NCBI GenBank assembly: GCA_025450445.1
Contig: JANWHN010000086.1
Coordinates: 8,770 to 72,769, forward strand
Reading direction: 5' to 3'
Source: Anaerolineales bacterium
GTDB taxonomy: Bacteria > Chloroflexota > Anaerolineae > Anaerolineales > UBA11579
DNA: 64,000 nucleotides
Positions 36,974-47,115 of the stretch are shown piece by piece. The translations under genes and the position numbers were made by a program. How positions within the stretch are numbered: the stretch's first letter is position 1; each line of letters opens with the position of its first letter. The notes under the pieces are model-generated. The model ran no database searches, was not told the DNA's origin, and saw only the letters and a program-made list of their open reading frames with translations.

Positions 36974-39900
36974 ATGCCGACCAAACCCCGTATTTCGATC
37001 CGTCCCTGGTTTTACGACGTTGGCTTCGCGCTCGTGTTGGTGCTGGCGGCCGCGCTGCGCCTGACCGGAATCAGTTGGGACGACCAGCAGCATCTGCATC
37101 CCGACGAACGCTTCCTGACCCAAGTCGAATCGGCGCTGCGGCCTGCGAACAGCCTAGGAGAATATTTCGACACGCCCAACTCGCCGCTCAACCCGGGCAA
37201 CCGCGGCTTTACATTTTTCGTGTATGGCACCTTCCCGATCTTTTTGGTTCGATATATTGCCGAGGGACTGCAACAGACCGGATACGACCAAGTTCATCTA
37301 ATTGGGCGGGCAATGTCGGCTGTCGCGGACCTTGGCGCAATTACGCTGGTTTATTTGATCGGCAATCGACTGTTCGATAAACGAGTTGGATTGCTGGCAG
37401 CCGTGTTCTCCGCCTTCACCGTGATGCAGATCCAGCAGTCGCATTTCTGGACGGTCGACAATTTCGCCAACCTTTTCACGCTGCTGGCGATCTACTTTGC
37501 GGTGCGCGTGGCGAGTGGGAAATCCAGTACGCACAATATTTGGAACTTTGTTGGTTTCGCTGTCGGGTTCGGCTTGTGCCTGGCTTCAAAACTGCCATCG
37601 CCGTTTTTGCTGGCACTGTTGGCAGCGACGCTTCCAGCCGGCGTCTTGATTCGCCTGTTGGCGCAGCCGAGTGAAGAACGACAAGCCAGCTTCGTCCAAG
37701 GGACGGGTTATTCGGTCCTGGCTGGCTTCTTGAGTCTGCTAGTCTTCCGCGTCTTTCAGCCCTATGCCTTTCTGCCAGCAGGCGCTGAGGATAGTTCAGG
37801 GCTGGTGAACGGAATCCTGGCTCGCATTGGGTTTGGGATCAACCCGGCATTCATCGACACCATGCGCCAGCTTCTCGGGCAGGTGAGCGGGCTGGCCGAT
37901 TGGCCTCCCTCGATGCAATGGGCGCGGCGCCCGGATTGGTTCGGGATCGAAAATATTGTCGAGTGGGGCTTGGGTTGGCCGCTGGCAATCGCCTGTTTTG
38001 GCGGCTTCATTTGGGCGGGCTGGCGCATTTTGCGCGGCGACTGGAATAAACCGGCGGCGATCTTGTGGTTCTACTCGGGCGCATTTTTGGCGATGCAATC
38101 TTTGGGCTTCAATCCGACGATGCGCTACTTCCTGCCGGTTTATCCTGGGCTGGCGGTTTTCGGTGGGTGGGGTGTTTTCGCTCTGTGGGATTTGGGAGCC
38201 CGGCGCACCAAGAAGACGCCACGCTGGCAAGGACTCGCCCGTCCCGCCGCAGCTATGCTGGGCACGGTTGCAGTGGTTGGCGCGGCGCTATGGTCGCTGG
38301 CATTTGTGCAGGTCTATCGCCAGGACGTGTCGCGCATTGCGGCCGCGCGCTGGATCTATCAGAACATTCCCGGACCGATCACACTCAGTTACGCGGATGA
38401 AGGCGAGGTTGTGCATCAGCCAATCCCGGTTTCGTATGACTTCATAATCACGCCGGACACGCCGTTATTTACGCAATTCTCGTCGCGCTCGGACGGCGAG
38501 CTGAGCGAGGTCACATTTAAATATGTGCTCGCTCCACTTCAGATGACGTTGACGAATGTCGCCGATGAGACGATCCTGTTGGCCCGCGAAAACGAAGTGT
38601 TTGACCTGGCGACGATCCAGCCCGGTGAATCCAAGCAGGTCATCTTCAATATCCCTGCGACCGCGCTGGTCGATCCTGCCGCCACTTATCGCCTACAACT
38701 CGTGCTGCCATCAGGAGATGGCCAACTGACCGTTCAAAGCGCGGAGCTGCGCAATTCGCAAAGCGCCGAGATGACGCCGCAACCTTTGGCGACCGAGAGC
38801 CTGCTGGCAATGGGCGAAACATTGTCGCTTGAATTTACGCTGAATAGCGGCGCTTTCTACGATCAGCTTGTGGTGACGTTGCGGGCAGAGAACCAACTGG
38901 AATTAGATCCGGTGCGGTTGAACTTGCGCATCAACACCTCGCCGGAGATGGACAACCCGGTGCTAAATGAAACGATCTCGATCACGCCACAAACAAGTAA
39001 AGGCGCAATTGGCAGCGGACTAACTGTGCCGCTGTCATCCCCAATCGATGTGAGCGAGGGCCAGGAAGTTTACGTCCAGGTTGCGCTAACCTCGCCGGGC
39101 GCGGTGAAGCTGATGGGTAGCGCGTTGGCCAACGAGACGAGCTGGGATGACGGCTTACCGCTGCGCATCGATGGTTACGACGGCTTTGGCGGGATCTATC
39201 AGGGCGATCTGAATTACGAAATGTATTGGGATGAAGATCCGACCAAGCTGGAGCGCTTCACCAATATTCTGAATAACACAGAATACATTTTCATCACCTC
39301 CAACCGGCAATGGGGCAGCTTACCGCGGCTCCCCGAGCGCTTTCCTCTTGTGGTCGCATACTATCGCGCCTTGTTGGGCTGCCCGCCCGAACGCACCATC
39401 GAGTGGTGCTACACCGAAGCGCAGGTGGGGGATTTCGGCGGCGAGCTGGGATTTGAATTGGTGCAAGTCTTCGAGTCGGGTCCGCGCCTTGGTGATTGGC
39501 GGATCAATGATCAGGGCGCCGAAGAAGCTTTCACGGTATACGACCATCCCAAGGTGCTGATCTTCCACAAGACAGTGGACTACGACCCAGCCCGCGTTGG
39601 CGAAATTCTCGGGGCGGTGGATCTTACGCAAGTGATTCGCGTCACGCCAGGCGAAGCGGGCAGCCGTGTGCTGCCGAATTTGCAACTCTCGCCACTGCAG
39701 GCCGAGCAGCTGCGCGCCGGCGGCACCTGGTCGGAATTATTTGATACCAGCAATTGGATCAACTCATCGCCGTGGGTCAGCGCCGTGGTTTGGTATGTGG
39801 CGCTATTCCTGCTCGGCGTGGCTGTGTATCCGCTGGTGCGCTTCACGCTGCCCGGGCTCAAAGATGGCGGTTATCCATTCGCTCGACTGGTGGGATTATT

Positions 39901-42214
39901 GCTACTCTCGTATTTCGCGTGGATGGGCGGATCGCTGGGGCTGACTTTCAGCCGCGGCTGGCTGGCAATATTTGTAGTGGTGCTGATTGCGCTTAGCGCG
40001 GCTGCAGGTTGGGCGCAAAGGGAGCAATTAAAAGAAGAGTGGCGCACGCGCAAGAGTCAGTTCCTGCGCACGGAGCTGCTGTTCCTTGGATTCTTCTTAG
40101 TAATGTTGCTGGTGCGTATCGGTAACCCGGACCTGTGGCACCCGGCTAAGGGCGGAGAGAAGCCAATGGACTTCTCGTATTTCAATGCGGTGCTCAAGAG
40201 CGAAACATTCCCGCCTTACGATCCCTGGTTTGCCGGCGGCTACATCAACTATTACTACTGGGGCTTCGTGCTTGTCGGTTCGCTGGTCAAGCTGCTCGGT
40301 ATTGTGCCAGCGGTAGCATACAACCTGATCTTGCCGAGCCTGTTCGCCATGCTGGCCCTTGGCGGCTACAGCGTGGCGTGGAATTTGTGGACTGCATGGC
40401 AGGCTCGTGATGGCCGCGGGTCGGGCATTTCTCCTGAATTTGTCGGGCTGATCGCCGCGTTGGCGATAGTGCTGTTCGGCAACCTGGGCAGCATCCAGAT
40501 GTTGGTACAGGGGTTCACAAGGCTCGGATCGATGGGCGAGGTGGTGCCTGAATCGGGTTTGATCGATCGAATTATGTGGTTGGGTCGCGGCTTCGTTTTA
40601 TATCTTTCGGGCACGCAGCTGCCCTTCGGATTAGGTGACTGGTATTGGAATCCGACACGGATTATTCCCGCGCCGAATGAATCTTCGCCGATCACCGAAT
40701 TTCCGCTTTTCACATTTGCTTACGCCGACCTGCACGCGCACATGATCGCGCTGCCAGTAACCGTGCTTACGCTGGGTTGGTCGCTATCGGCGATATTGAG
40801 CAAGGCGTGGCAGGGTGCGGTCCGCTGGGGCCGCGTGCCGGTGCAAGTGATCGCCAGCTTCCTGCTGGCGGCGATCGCAATCGGCAGCCTCCGCCCGATC
40901 AACACCTGGGACCTGCCAACGTATCTGGTGATCGCAATCCTGGCGGCGATGTATGCCATTGTGCGCTATGGGCCGAGGCGCAAAGACGCAGATGGCAAAC
41001 TGCACCCAAGATGGGAGTTAGCGATCGGGGCAGCAGTGGCGTTGGGCGCGCTGAGCATTCTCGCCTTCCAGCCGTTCGCCAACTGGTACCGTCAGGGTTA
41101 CGCCAGTATTGAGATGTGGAAAGGCACCCATACGCCAGTCGACGCGTACCTGATCCATTGGACGATCTTCCTGTTCTTCGTTGTCGCTTGGCTTGTTTGG
41201 GAAACGCGCCAATGGATGGCGAGCACGCCCCTCTCGTCGCTCCGCAAGCTGCAACCGCACGCGGTCTATATCTATGCCGGCTTGTTCTTGCTGTTGCTCG
41301 GGATTGTTGTCCTCACGGTTATTGACGTTTATGTGGCCTGGCTAGTGGTGCCGCTTATTTTGTGGGTCGGCCTTTTGTTCTTGCGACCTGGGCAGGATGA
41401 AGCCAAACGCCTTGTGCTGTTTATGGTTGGCACGGCATTGTTCTTGACCTTGTTTGTAGAAGTGATCGTGCTCAAAGGTGACATCTCGCGCATGAACACG
41501 GTCTTCAAGTTCTACATGCAGGCTTGGGTGCTGCTGGCGATCACGGCCGCGTTCGCGATGGGTTGGGCACTGGACGCGCGTCGCGGCTGGCTGCCGACAT
41601 GGCGCGGCGTGTGGCAATTCGTGGCGACACTGCTGCTGGCGTTCGCCGGGCTGTTCCTGCTTCTGGGCGTGACCGCCAAGATGCGCGATCGCATGGCGGC
41701 CGAGTCACCGCACACCTTGGATGGACTGGCGTACATGGAGCATTCTCTTTATTACGACAAAGACAAAGAATTGCAGTTGTGGCAGGATTACGAAGCCATC
41801 CGCTGGCTGCAGGAGAACGTGCAAGGCTCGCCGGTTATCGTAGAAGCAAACATACCGGAATATCGCTGGGGCTCGCGCATGACGATCAACACGGGGTTAC
41901 CGGGCGTGGTTGGCTGGAATTTCCACCAGCGCCAGCAGCGCGAATTCGTGTCGGGCAACGACATCTGGGCCCGCATCACCGGCGAATTCTCGGTGGAAGC
42001 TTTTTACAACACCGCTGACTTGAATTTTGCGCAGGAATTTTTGCAGCTCTACAACATCGAATACATCATTGTCGGGCAACTGGAGCAAGCCTATTATTTG
42101 CCCGAAGGTCTTGCGAAATTTGAAGCGCAAGATGGTGTTTTGTGGACCGAAGTGTTTCGAGTTGAAGACACCGTGATCTACCAAGTCAACAACACCGTGC
42201 TGGCTGAGAACTGA
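36974..42214 (+). CDS. 1746-aa fusion membrane protein: N-terminal GT-C-like module + large extracytoplasmic region + C-terminal Chlor_Arch_YYY/DUF2298 module
   Basis: N-terminus has LRLTGISWDDQQHLHPDERF (a DE motif after TM1). The centre is about 560 hydrophilic aa. The C-terminus has GGEKPMDFSYFNAVLKSETFPPYDPWFAGGYINYYYWGF (YYY codons at 40250-40258). ATG 36974 is 1 nt after the upstream stop. Confidence 0.75.
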   Translation: MPTKPRISIRPWFYDVGFALVLVLAAALRLTGISWDDQQHLHPDERFLTQVESALRPANSLGEYFDTPNSPLNPGNRGFTFFVYGTFPIFLVRYIAEGLQQTGYDQVHLIGRAMSAVADLGAITLVYLIGNRLFDKRVGLLAAVFSAFTVMQIQQSHFWTVDNFANLFTLLAIYFAVRVASGKSSTHNIWNFVGFAVGFGLCLASKLPSPFLLALLAATLPAGVLIRLLAQPSEERQASFVQGTGYSVLAGFLSLLVFRVFQPYAFLPAGAEDSSGLVNGILARIGFGINPAFIDTMRQLLGQVSGLADWPPSMQWARRPDWFGIENIVEWGLGWPLAIACFGGFIWAGWRILRGDWNKPAAILWFYSGAFLAMQSLGFNPTMRYFLPVYPGLAVFGGWGVFALWDLGARRTKKTPRWQGLARPAAAMLGTVAVVGAALWSLAFVQVYRQDVSRIAAARWIYQNIPGPITLSYADEGEVVHQPIPVSYDFIITPDTPLFTQFSSRSDGELSEVTFKYVLAPLQMTLTNVADETILLARENEVFDLATIQPGESKQVIFNIPATALVDPAATYRLQLVLPSGDGQLTVQSAELRNSQSAEMTPQPLATESLLAMGETLSLEFTLNSGAFYDQLVVTLRAENQLELDPVRLNLRINTSPEMDNPVLNETISITPQTSKGAIGSGLTVPLSSPIDVSEGQEVYVQVALTSPGAVKLMGSALANETSWDDGLPLRIDGYDGFGGIYQGDLNYEMYWDEDPTKLERFTNILNNTEYIFITSNRQWGSLPRLPERFPLVVAYYRALLGCPPERTIEWCYTEAQVGDFGGELGFELVQVFESGPRLGDWRINDQGAEEAFTVYDHPKVLIFHKTVDYDPARVGEILGAVDLTQVIRVTPGEAGSRVLPNLQLSPLQAEQLRAGGTWSELFDTSNWINSSPWVSAVVWYVALFLLGVAVYPLVRFTLPGLKDGGYPFARLVGLLLLSYFAWMGGSLGLTFSRGWLAIFVVVLIALSAAAGWAQREQLKEEWRTRKSQFLRTELLFLGFFLVMLLVRIGNPDLWHPAKGGEKPMDFSYFNAVLKSETFPPYDPWFAGGYINYYYWGFVLVGSLVKLLGIVPAVAYNLILPSLFAMLALGGYSVAWNLWTAWQARDGRGSGISPEFVGLIAALAIVLFGNLGSIQMLVQGFTRLGSMGEVVPESGLIDRIMWLGRGFVLYLSGTQLPFGLGDWYWNPTRIIPAPNESSPITEFPLFTFAYADLHAHMIALPVTVLTLGWSLSAILSKAWQGAVRWGRVPVQVIASFLLAAIAIGSLRPINTWDLPTYLVIAILAAMYAIVRYGPRRKDADGKLHPRWELAIGAAVALGALSILAFQPFANWYRQGYASIEMWKGTHTPVDAYLIHWTIFLFFVVAWLVWETRQWMASTPLSSLRKLQPHAVYIYAGLFLLLLGIVVLTVIDVYVAWLVVPLILWVGLLFLRPGQDEAKRLVLFMVGTALFLTLFVEVIVLKGDISRMNTVFKFYMQAWVLLAITAAFAMGWALDARRGWLPTWRGVWQFVATLLLAFAGLFLLLGVTAKMRDRMAAESPHTLDGLAYMEHSLYYDKDKELQLWQDYEAIRWLQENVQGSPVIVEANIPEYRWGSRMTINTGLPGVVGWNFHQRQQREFVSGNDIWARITGEFSVEAFYNTADLNFAQEFLQLYNIEYIIVGQLEQAYYLPEGLAKFEAQDGVLWTEVFRVEDTVIYQVNNTVLAEN

Positions 42215-44658
42215 TGCCGCAGATCCTTAGTGCCATCATTTGGTATCTGCTGCTGGCTGGCTTGGGCTGGCTGGTCATTCCGATCGCCTATCGCTTCTTG
42301 CACGCGCTGCCTGATCGCGGCTTAGCCTTCACGCGGACGCTTGGCTTGCTCCTATGGGGCTTCACGTTCTGGATTTTGTCTAGTTACGGATTATTGCAAA
42401 ATAATCTCGGCGGGTTGCGGACCGCCGCGGCGCTACTGGGCGCGGTCAGCTATTGGGCCTGGCGTCAGATCCCGCGTGGCGAACTGGGTAAATGGTTGCG
42501 TGCCCACCGCGGGCTGATCATCGGCATGGAAGTCCTGTTCCTGGTGGCGTTCCTGTTCATGACCTTTATCCGTGCTTCGCGCCCGGATATCAATCACACT
42601 GAGCAGCCCATGGAGTTGGCCTTTATCAACGCCATCCTGCGCTCGCCAACGATGCCCCCGCACGATCCCTGGCTATCTGGCTTCTCGATCTCGTATTACT
42701 ACTTCGGATATTTAATGGTCGCCATGCTGGCCAAACTGACCGGGGTGATTGGGTCGGTGGCGTTCAATCTTGGATTCATCTCGATCTTCTCGATGGCCGC
42801 CGTGGCTGCTTATGGGCTGGCTGCCAACCTGCTCACCGTCTATCGCCCCCAAGCGATCAAGGCTTTCCGCTGGCTGGCGCTTCTGGCGCCGCTTTCGGTG
42901 CTGATCCTCGGCAATTTTGAAGGCTTGCTAGAGATCGCCCATGCTCGCCATGTTTTATGGCTGACCGATGCCACGAGTGCGCGCACGTCTGATTTTTGGG
43001 CGTGGTTGGATGTAAAGGACCTGATATACGCACCCGTGGACGATCCGCAATTTCAGCCGCGCTTATTTGGCACCGGCGCATGGTGGTGGTGGCGCGCCTC
43101 GCGGGTGATCAACGACCGCACCTTCCTTGGCGATGAGCAGGAGCTGATCGACGAGTTCCCCGCATTCTCGTTCGTGCTCGGCGACCTGCATCCGCATGTG
43201 CTCTCGATGCCGTTTGTCATGCTGGCCATGGGAACGGCGCTCAACGTTTATCTCGGTGCCGGCGAGCGCAAGAAGGGGCTCTTGCGTGATTCTTTGCATA
43301 TTGAGCCGGAGACATTGGGGTTTACCGCAGTTGTTGTTGGCGCGCTGGGCTTCCTGAATATTTGGGATTTCCCGATCTATGTGGGTGTCGTTTCCTTGGC
43401 GTACGGATTACGCCGCGTCCAGACAGAAGGCAGGTGGGTGTACTTGTTCGACTCTTTGCTGTTTGGACTGGTCACTGGCTTGTTGGGGATTGCCCTCTAT
43501 TTGCCCTTCTATATCGGCTTCACTTCGCAGGCAGCCGGCATTCTTCCCAATTTGCTTAATCCAAGCCGCGGCGCACATCTATGGATAGTGTTTGGTCCGG
43601 CTTTTGTTCTCTTTTTCGTCTTTCTTATTGTTTCCTGGTTCCGGACTCGTGAAATCGGCCGATTGCTCAAATATGTTCTCCTCGGTTTCGGTGTCGTCTT
43701 TGCTTTTGGGCTGATCTCGTTTGGTCTGACTTGGCTGTATATGAATGTCATCCCCGCCAGTCAACAGGGCGCACTGCTCGCCTCGCTCGGCGCAGCAGAT
43801 GCGAGCCAACTGATAAATGAATCGCTTGCCAGGCGCATGGCCGGACCCGGCGGATGGATCACGCTGAGCATTTTGCTTGGCTTGCTCCTGGGCTTATTCT
43901 TCCAGCCTGCTGACCGTCGCCAAACCAACAAGGCCGTCACTGCGGAACGCCAAGCTGGTTCTTTCATGATCCTGCTAGCGGTTGTGGCTACGCTGCTGGT
44001 CATCGTCCCTGAATTCATTTATTTGCGCGATCAGTTTGGGACGCGCATGAACACGGTGTTCAAGTTCTATTTCCAGGCCTGGCAAATGTGGGCGATCGCG
44101 GGTGTCTTTATCATCGGCGTGCTGCTCAGCGAACTACGCGGAATCGGGCGAGCGTTGTTTGTTGCGTTGGTCGCTTTGTTGGTTTTCGTGGGCCTCATTT
44201 ACCCCGCCTACGCTTTCGCCGATGTTTCGCGGCGCACGCCCGAAGAAGCATTTACATTGGATGGGGCGCGCTGGCTCTCAGCCGACACAGTTGCCGCCAT
44301 GGCTTGGCTGCGCCAAGCGCCAGTAGCGCCGTTGGCAGAAGCGATTGGCGGAAGCTACAACGCCAGTTTTGCGCGCTTTGCGGCGCATAGTGGCCAGCAG
44401 GCGATCATGGGTTGGCCGGGCCACGAAGGCCAGTGGCGCGGCGGCAATGTGGATTTTGCGCGCATCTCAGATATCGAAGCCCTGTACTCAACAGCTGATT
44501 GGGATGCTGCGCAAACGATTATCGACCGATATGGCATTCGTTATGTGGTAATCAGTGAAGTCGAACGCAATACTTATGCCGTCGATGAAATTAAGTTTCA
44601 GCAAAATCTGGATCTCGTTTTTCAAAACGCCGCAGTCACAATTTACCAAGTTCCGTAA
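42214..44658 (+). CDS. Chlor_Arch_YYY / DUF2298 family integral membrane protein
   Basis: TEQPMELAFINAILRSPTMPPHDPWLSGFSISYYYFGY (YYY codons at 42694-42702), paralogous to the C-terminal module of the preceding gene, including the shared ...RMNTVFKFY.QAW... segment. The ATG overlaps the upstream stop (TGATG). Confidence 0.8.
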   Translation: MPQILSAIIWYLLLAGLGWLVIPIAYRFLHALPDRGLAFTRTLGLLLWGFTFWILSSYGLLQNNLGGLRTAAALLGAVSYWAWRQIPRGELGKWLRAHRGLIIGMEVLFLVAFLFMTFIRASRPDINHTEQPMELAFINAILRSPTMPPHDPWLSGFSISYYYFGYLMVAMLAKLTGVIGSVAFNLGFISIFSMAAVAAYGLAANLLTVYRPQAIKAFRWLALLAPLSVLILGNFEGLLEIAHARHVLWLTDATSARTSDFWAWLDVKDLIYAPVDDPQFQPRLFGTGAWWWWRASRVINDRTFLGDEQELIDEFPAFSFVLGDLHPHVLSMPFVMLAMGTALNVYLGAGERKKGLLRDSLHIEPETLGFTAVVVGALGFLNIWDFPIYVGVVSLAYGLRRVQTEGRWVYLFDSLLFGLVTGLLGIALYLPFYIGFTSQAAGILPNLLNPSRGAHLWIVFGPAFVLFFVFLIVSWFRTREIGRLLKYVLLGFGVVFAFGLISFGLTWLYMNVIPASQQGALLASLGAADASQLINESLARRMAGPGGWITLSILLGLLLGLFFQPADRRQTNKAVTAERQAGSFMILLAVVATLLVIVPEFIYLRDQFGTRMNTVFKFYFQAWQMWAIAGVFIIGVLLSELRGIGRALFVALVALLVFVGLIYPAYAFADVSRRTPEEAFTLDGARWLSADTVAAMAWLRQAPVAPLAEAIGGSYNASFARFAAHSGQQAIMGWPGHEGQWRGGNVDFARISDIEALYSTADWDAAQTIIDRYGIRYVVISEVERNTYAVDEIKFQQNLDLVFQNAAVTIYQVP

Positions 44659-44699
44659 CACAAGGCGAAAAAAGTCGCTGCACTATAATTACTGCGATC

Positions 44700-46388
44700 A
44701 TGGCTTCGCGTCCTTCATTTAATCTTGAGCATCTGCTTTACGCCGCAATTTTTTTGTTGGCGTTGAGCTTGCGTTTTATTGGTCTCGGGTCGATCCCGCT
44801 CACCGAAAACGAAGCTGCGGTGGCTTTGCCAGCTCACCAGCTTGCTTCCGGTAATCCTGCCGATCTCGGTTCCGAGCCGGGCTATGTCGTACTGACCCAA
44901 GCTCTCTTTGCGATTTTGCCCAGCAGCGATTTTTTGGCCCGCTTGTGGCCTGCCCTGTTCGGGACCGCGCTTGTGCTGCTTCCTTACTTCTGGCGCGAGG
45001 AGCTTGGTCGCAAGCCTGCAGTTTTGCTCTCGCTTGCGCTTGCCCTCGACCCAGGCATGGTCGCAGTTTCACATCTAGCTTCGGGACGGATGTTGGCGTT
45101 TAGCGCGGGCCTGTTTGCGCTGACTGCCTGGCGGCATAGGCAGCCGGTTGCTGCAGCAATCTTGGGCGCCCTAGCATTGCTGTCTGCGCCCATTCTCTAC
45201 GTTGGAGTTTTTGCTTGCGGTCTCACGTTCTATTTAAGCCGATCTTCCAAAGCTGGTAAAGAGAAATCTGATTTGCGATCCGCTTTTTTGGCCGGCGGGG
45301 CAACTCTCCTGTTTCTCGGCACCGCTTTCTTTAGCGCGCCTCAAGGGTTAGCCGGCTTAGGCAATGTCTTAGCTGGCTTTGTGCAGGGCTGGCTGCAGCC
45401 TTCGGATGTGAGTATGCTGACCGTCCTGTTTGCCCTGGTTGGTTACGCCTTACCCGCGGTGCTTTTCGGACTCATCGGCGCAGTGCGTGCGTGGACCCAA
45501 GACCTGCGCTTTGGCAAAAGCCTAAGCTTGTTTGCTCTTTTTGCTCTGCTGCTGATCCTTATTTACCCCGGGCGCCAAGTTGCGGACCTGCTGTGGGTCC
45601 TGCTGCCCCTGTGGGCCTTGGCGGCGCAAGAGATCAGTCGTTACTTGTACATTCCAAAAGAGGAGCGCAGCGCGGCATTTGGAACCATGGCGCTTAATCT
45701 GTTGCTCGGTATTTTCCTTTACTTAATGCTGGCAAAGCTGGCGTACCCAAATCTGGTGCCTGAAGTTTTCTCGCTGACGCTTGCTTACGCGGGCGCGGTT
45801 CTACTGATTGCGTTGATTGCCACGACCCTGATCGCATTCGGCTGGTCGCGGAACGCGGCGGGTAATGGGCTGGTGTGGGCGCTGCTCATCCTTTTTTCGC
45901 TGTCACTTCTCGGCGCCAGCTCCCGCTTTGCGCGAATCACATCGACCGCGGCCAACGAGCTTTGGGCGCCGGGACCAGCCGCAGGGCAGGGCAGTTTGCT
46001 CTCCGCCAATTTGAATTTGCTGTCATCTCGTGTCGAAGGTGGAACGTTAAAAGCAGTCCCAGTCGATCTACGCACGGAAAGCGCAGCTTTGCAATGGGCT
46101 GTGCGCGATTTACCGGAGAATTCCAGCGAGACTACTGGGTCGCCCGATTTGTTTATCACGTTGGCTGACGCTCAGCCCGAAGAGGCGGCCACATATCGCG
46201 GACAAACATTCGCCCTGAATATTCAACGCGCCTGGGTAGATTTCCCACCTAACATATTTAGCTGGCTGCTGTATCGGCAAGCCCCGACCGTCAAGCAAGA
46301 AGCTGTGTTGTGGGCGAGGGCGGAATTTTTCCCGGATGGTGTGCTTTTGTTGCAGACCGAACCGGATTCGGGCGAGACGATCGAATAA
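44700..46388 (+). CDS. Polytopic membrane protein, degenerate GT-C-like (possible partner of the YYY proteins)
   Basis: 562 aa with N-terminal LRFIGLGSIPLTENEAAVALPAHQL after TM1 and more than 10 helices. It has no recognisable soluble domain. Confidence 0.55.
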   Translation: MASRPSFNLEHLLYAAIFLLALSLRFIGLGSIPLTENEAAVALPAHQLASGNPADLGSEPGYVVLTQALFAILPSSDFLARLWPALFGTALVLLPYFWREELGRKPAVLLSLALALDPGMVAVSHLASGRMLAFSAGLFALTAWRHRQPVAAAILGALALLSAPILYVGVFACGLTFYLSRSSKAGKEKSDLRSAFLAGGATLLFLGTAFFSAPQGLAGLGNVLAGFVQGWLQPSDVSMLTVLFALVGYALPAVLFGLIGAVRAWTQDLRFGKSLSLFALFALLLILIYPGRQVADLLWVLLPLWALAAQEISRYLYIPKEERSAAFGTMALNLLLGIFLYLMLAKLAYPNLVPEVFSLTLAYAGAVLLIALIATTLIAFGWSRNAAGNGLVWALLILFSLSLLGASSRFARITSTAANELWAPGPAAGQGSLLSANLNLLSSRVEGGTLKAVPVDLRTESAALQWAVRDLPENSSETTGSPDLFITLADAQPEEAATYRGQTFALNIQRAWVDFPPNIFSWLLYRQAPTVKQEAVLWARAEFFPDGVLLLQTEPDSGETIE

Positions 46389-46389
46389 C

Positions 46390-47097
46390 ATGTCAAAGCC
46401 ATTGACCATCGCCATCGATGGGCCGGTCGCGTCTGGTAAATCCACGCTGGCAAAGTCCCTGGCGGAACACCTCGGCTACTTGTACTTCGACACTGGCGCC
46501 ATGTATCGCGCCGTGACGCTCGCCGCCTTGCGCCGCGGTGTGCCCGTCGATGACGAGGGTGCCCTCGAAGCGCTTGCGCGTGAAATTCATATTGACCTCA
46601 AGCCGGCTACACAAAATGATGGCCGCCTCTATGACGTCTACATCGATGGAGAAGATTGCACTTGGGCGATCCGTGAGCCCGAAGTCGTGAACCATGTCTC
46701 GCAGGTGTCCGCCTTTGCTGGTGTGCGGCGGGTTCTCACGGCCCAGCAGCGCAGGATCGGCGAGCGCGGTGGGGTGGTGATGGCGGGACGCGATATCGGC
46801 ACCGTCGTCTTGCCAGAAGCCGACCTCAAGATCTATCTCGACGCAACTGAGCACGAGCGCGCAAATCGGCGCCATCTGGAACTACAGGAGCGCGGGGAGC
46901 AGCAAACTTACGAACAGGTTCTCGATTCATTGCGCCAGCGTGACTTGATCGATGCCAGCCGCGCTGTAGCGCCGCTGCGCCCGGCCGAGGATGCGCACAT
47001 TTTGAAGTCCGACGGGATGCAAAGCGCGGATGTGCTCGCACAGACCTTACTGCTTGTTAGTGAGCGCCAATCACAACTAAATGGTAAACATGGGTAG
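46390..47097 (+). CDS. cmk: Cytidylate kinase
   Basis: IAIDGPVASGKSTLAK...YFDTGAMYRA...GRDIGTVV. ATG 46390 is 1 nt after the upstream stop. The track start at 46336 is over-extended. Confidence 0.93.
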   Translation: MSKPLTIAIDGPVASGKSTLAKSLAEHLGYLYFDTGAMYRAVTLAALRRGVPVDDEGALEALAREIHIDLKPATQNDGRLYDVYIDGEDCTWAIREPEVVNHVSQVSAFAGVRRVLTAQQRRIGERGGVVMAGRDIGTVVLPEADLKIYLDATEHERANRRHLELQERGEQQTYEQVLDSLRQRDLIDASRAVAPLRPAEDAHILKSDGMQSADVLAQTLLLVSERQSQLNGKHG

Positions 47098-47115
47098 CAG
47101 CCTGGCTGCTGACCT

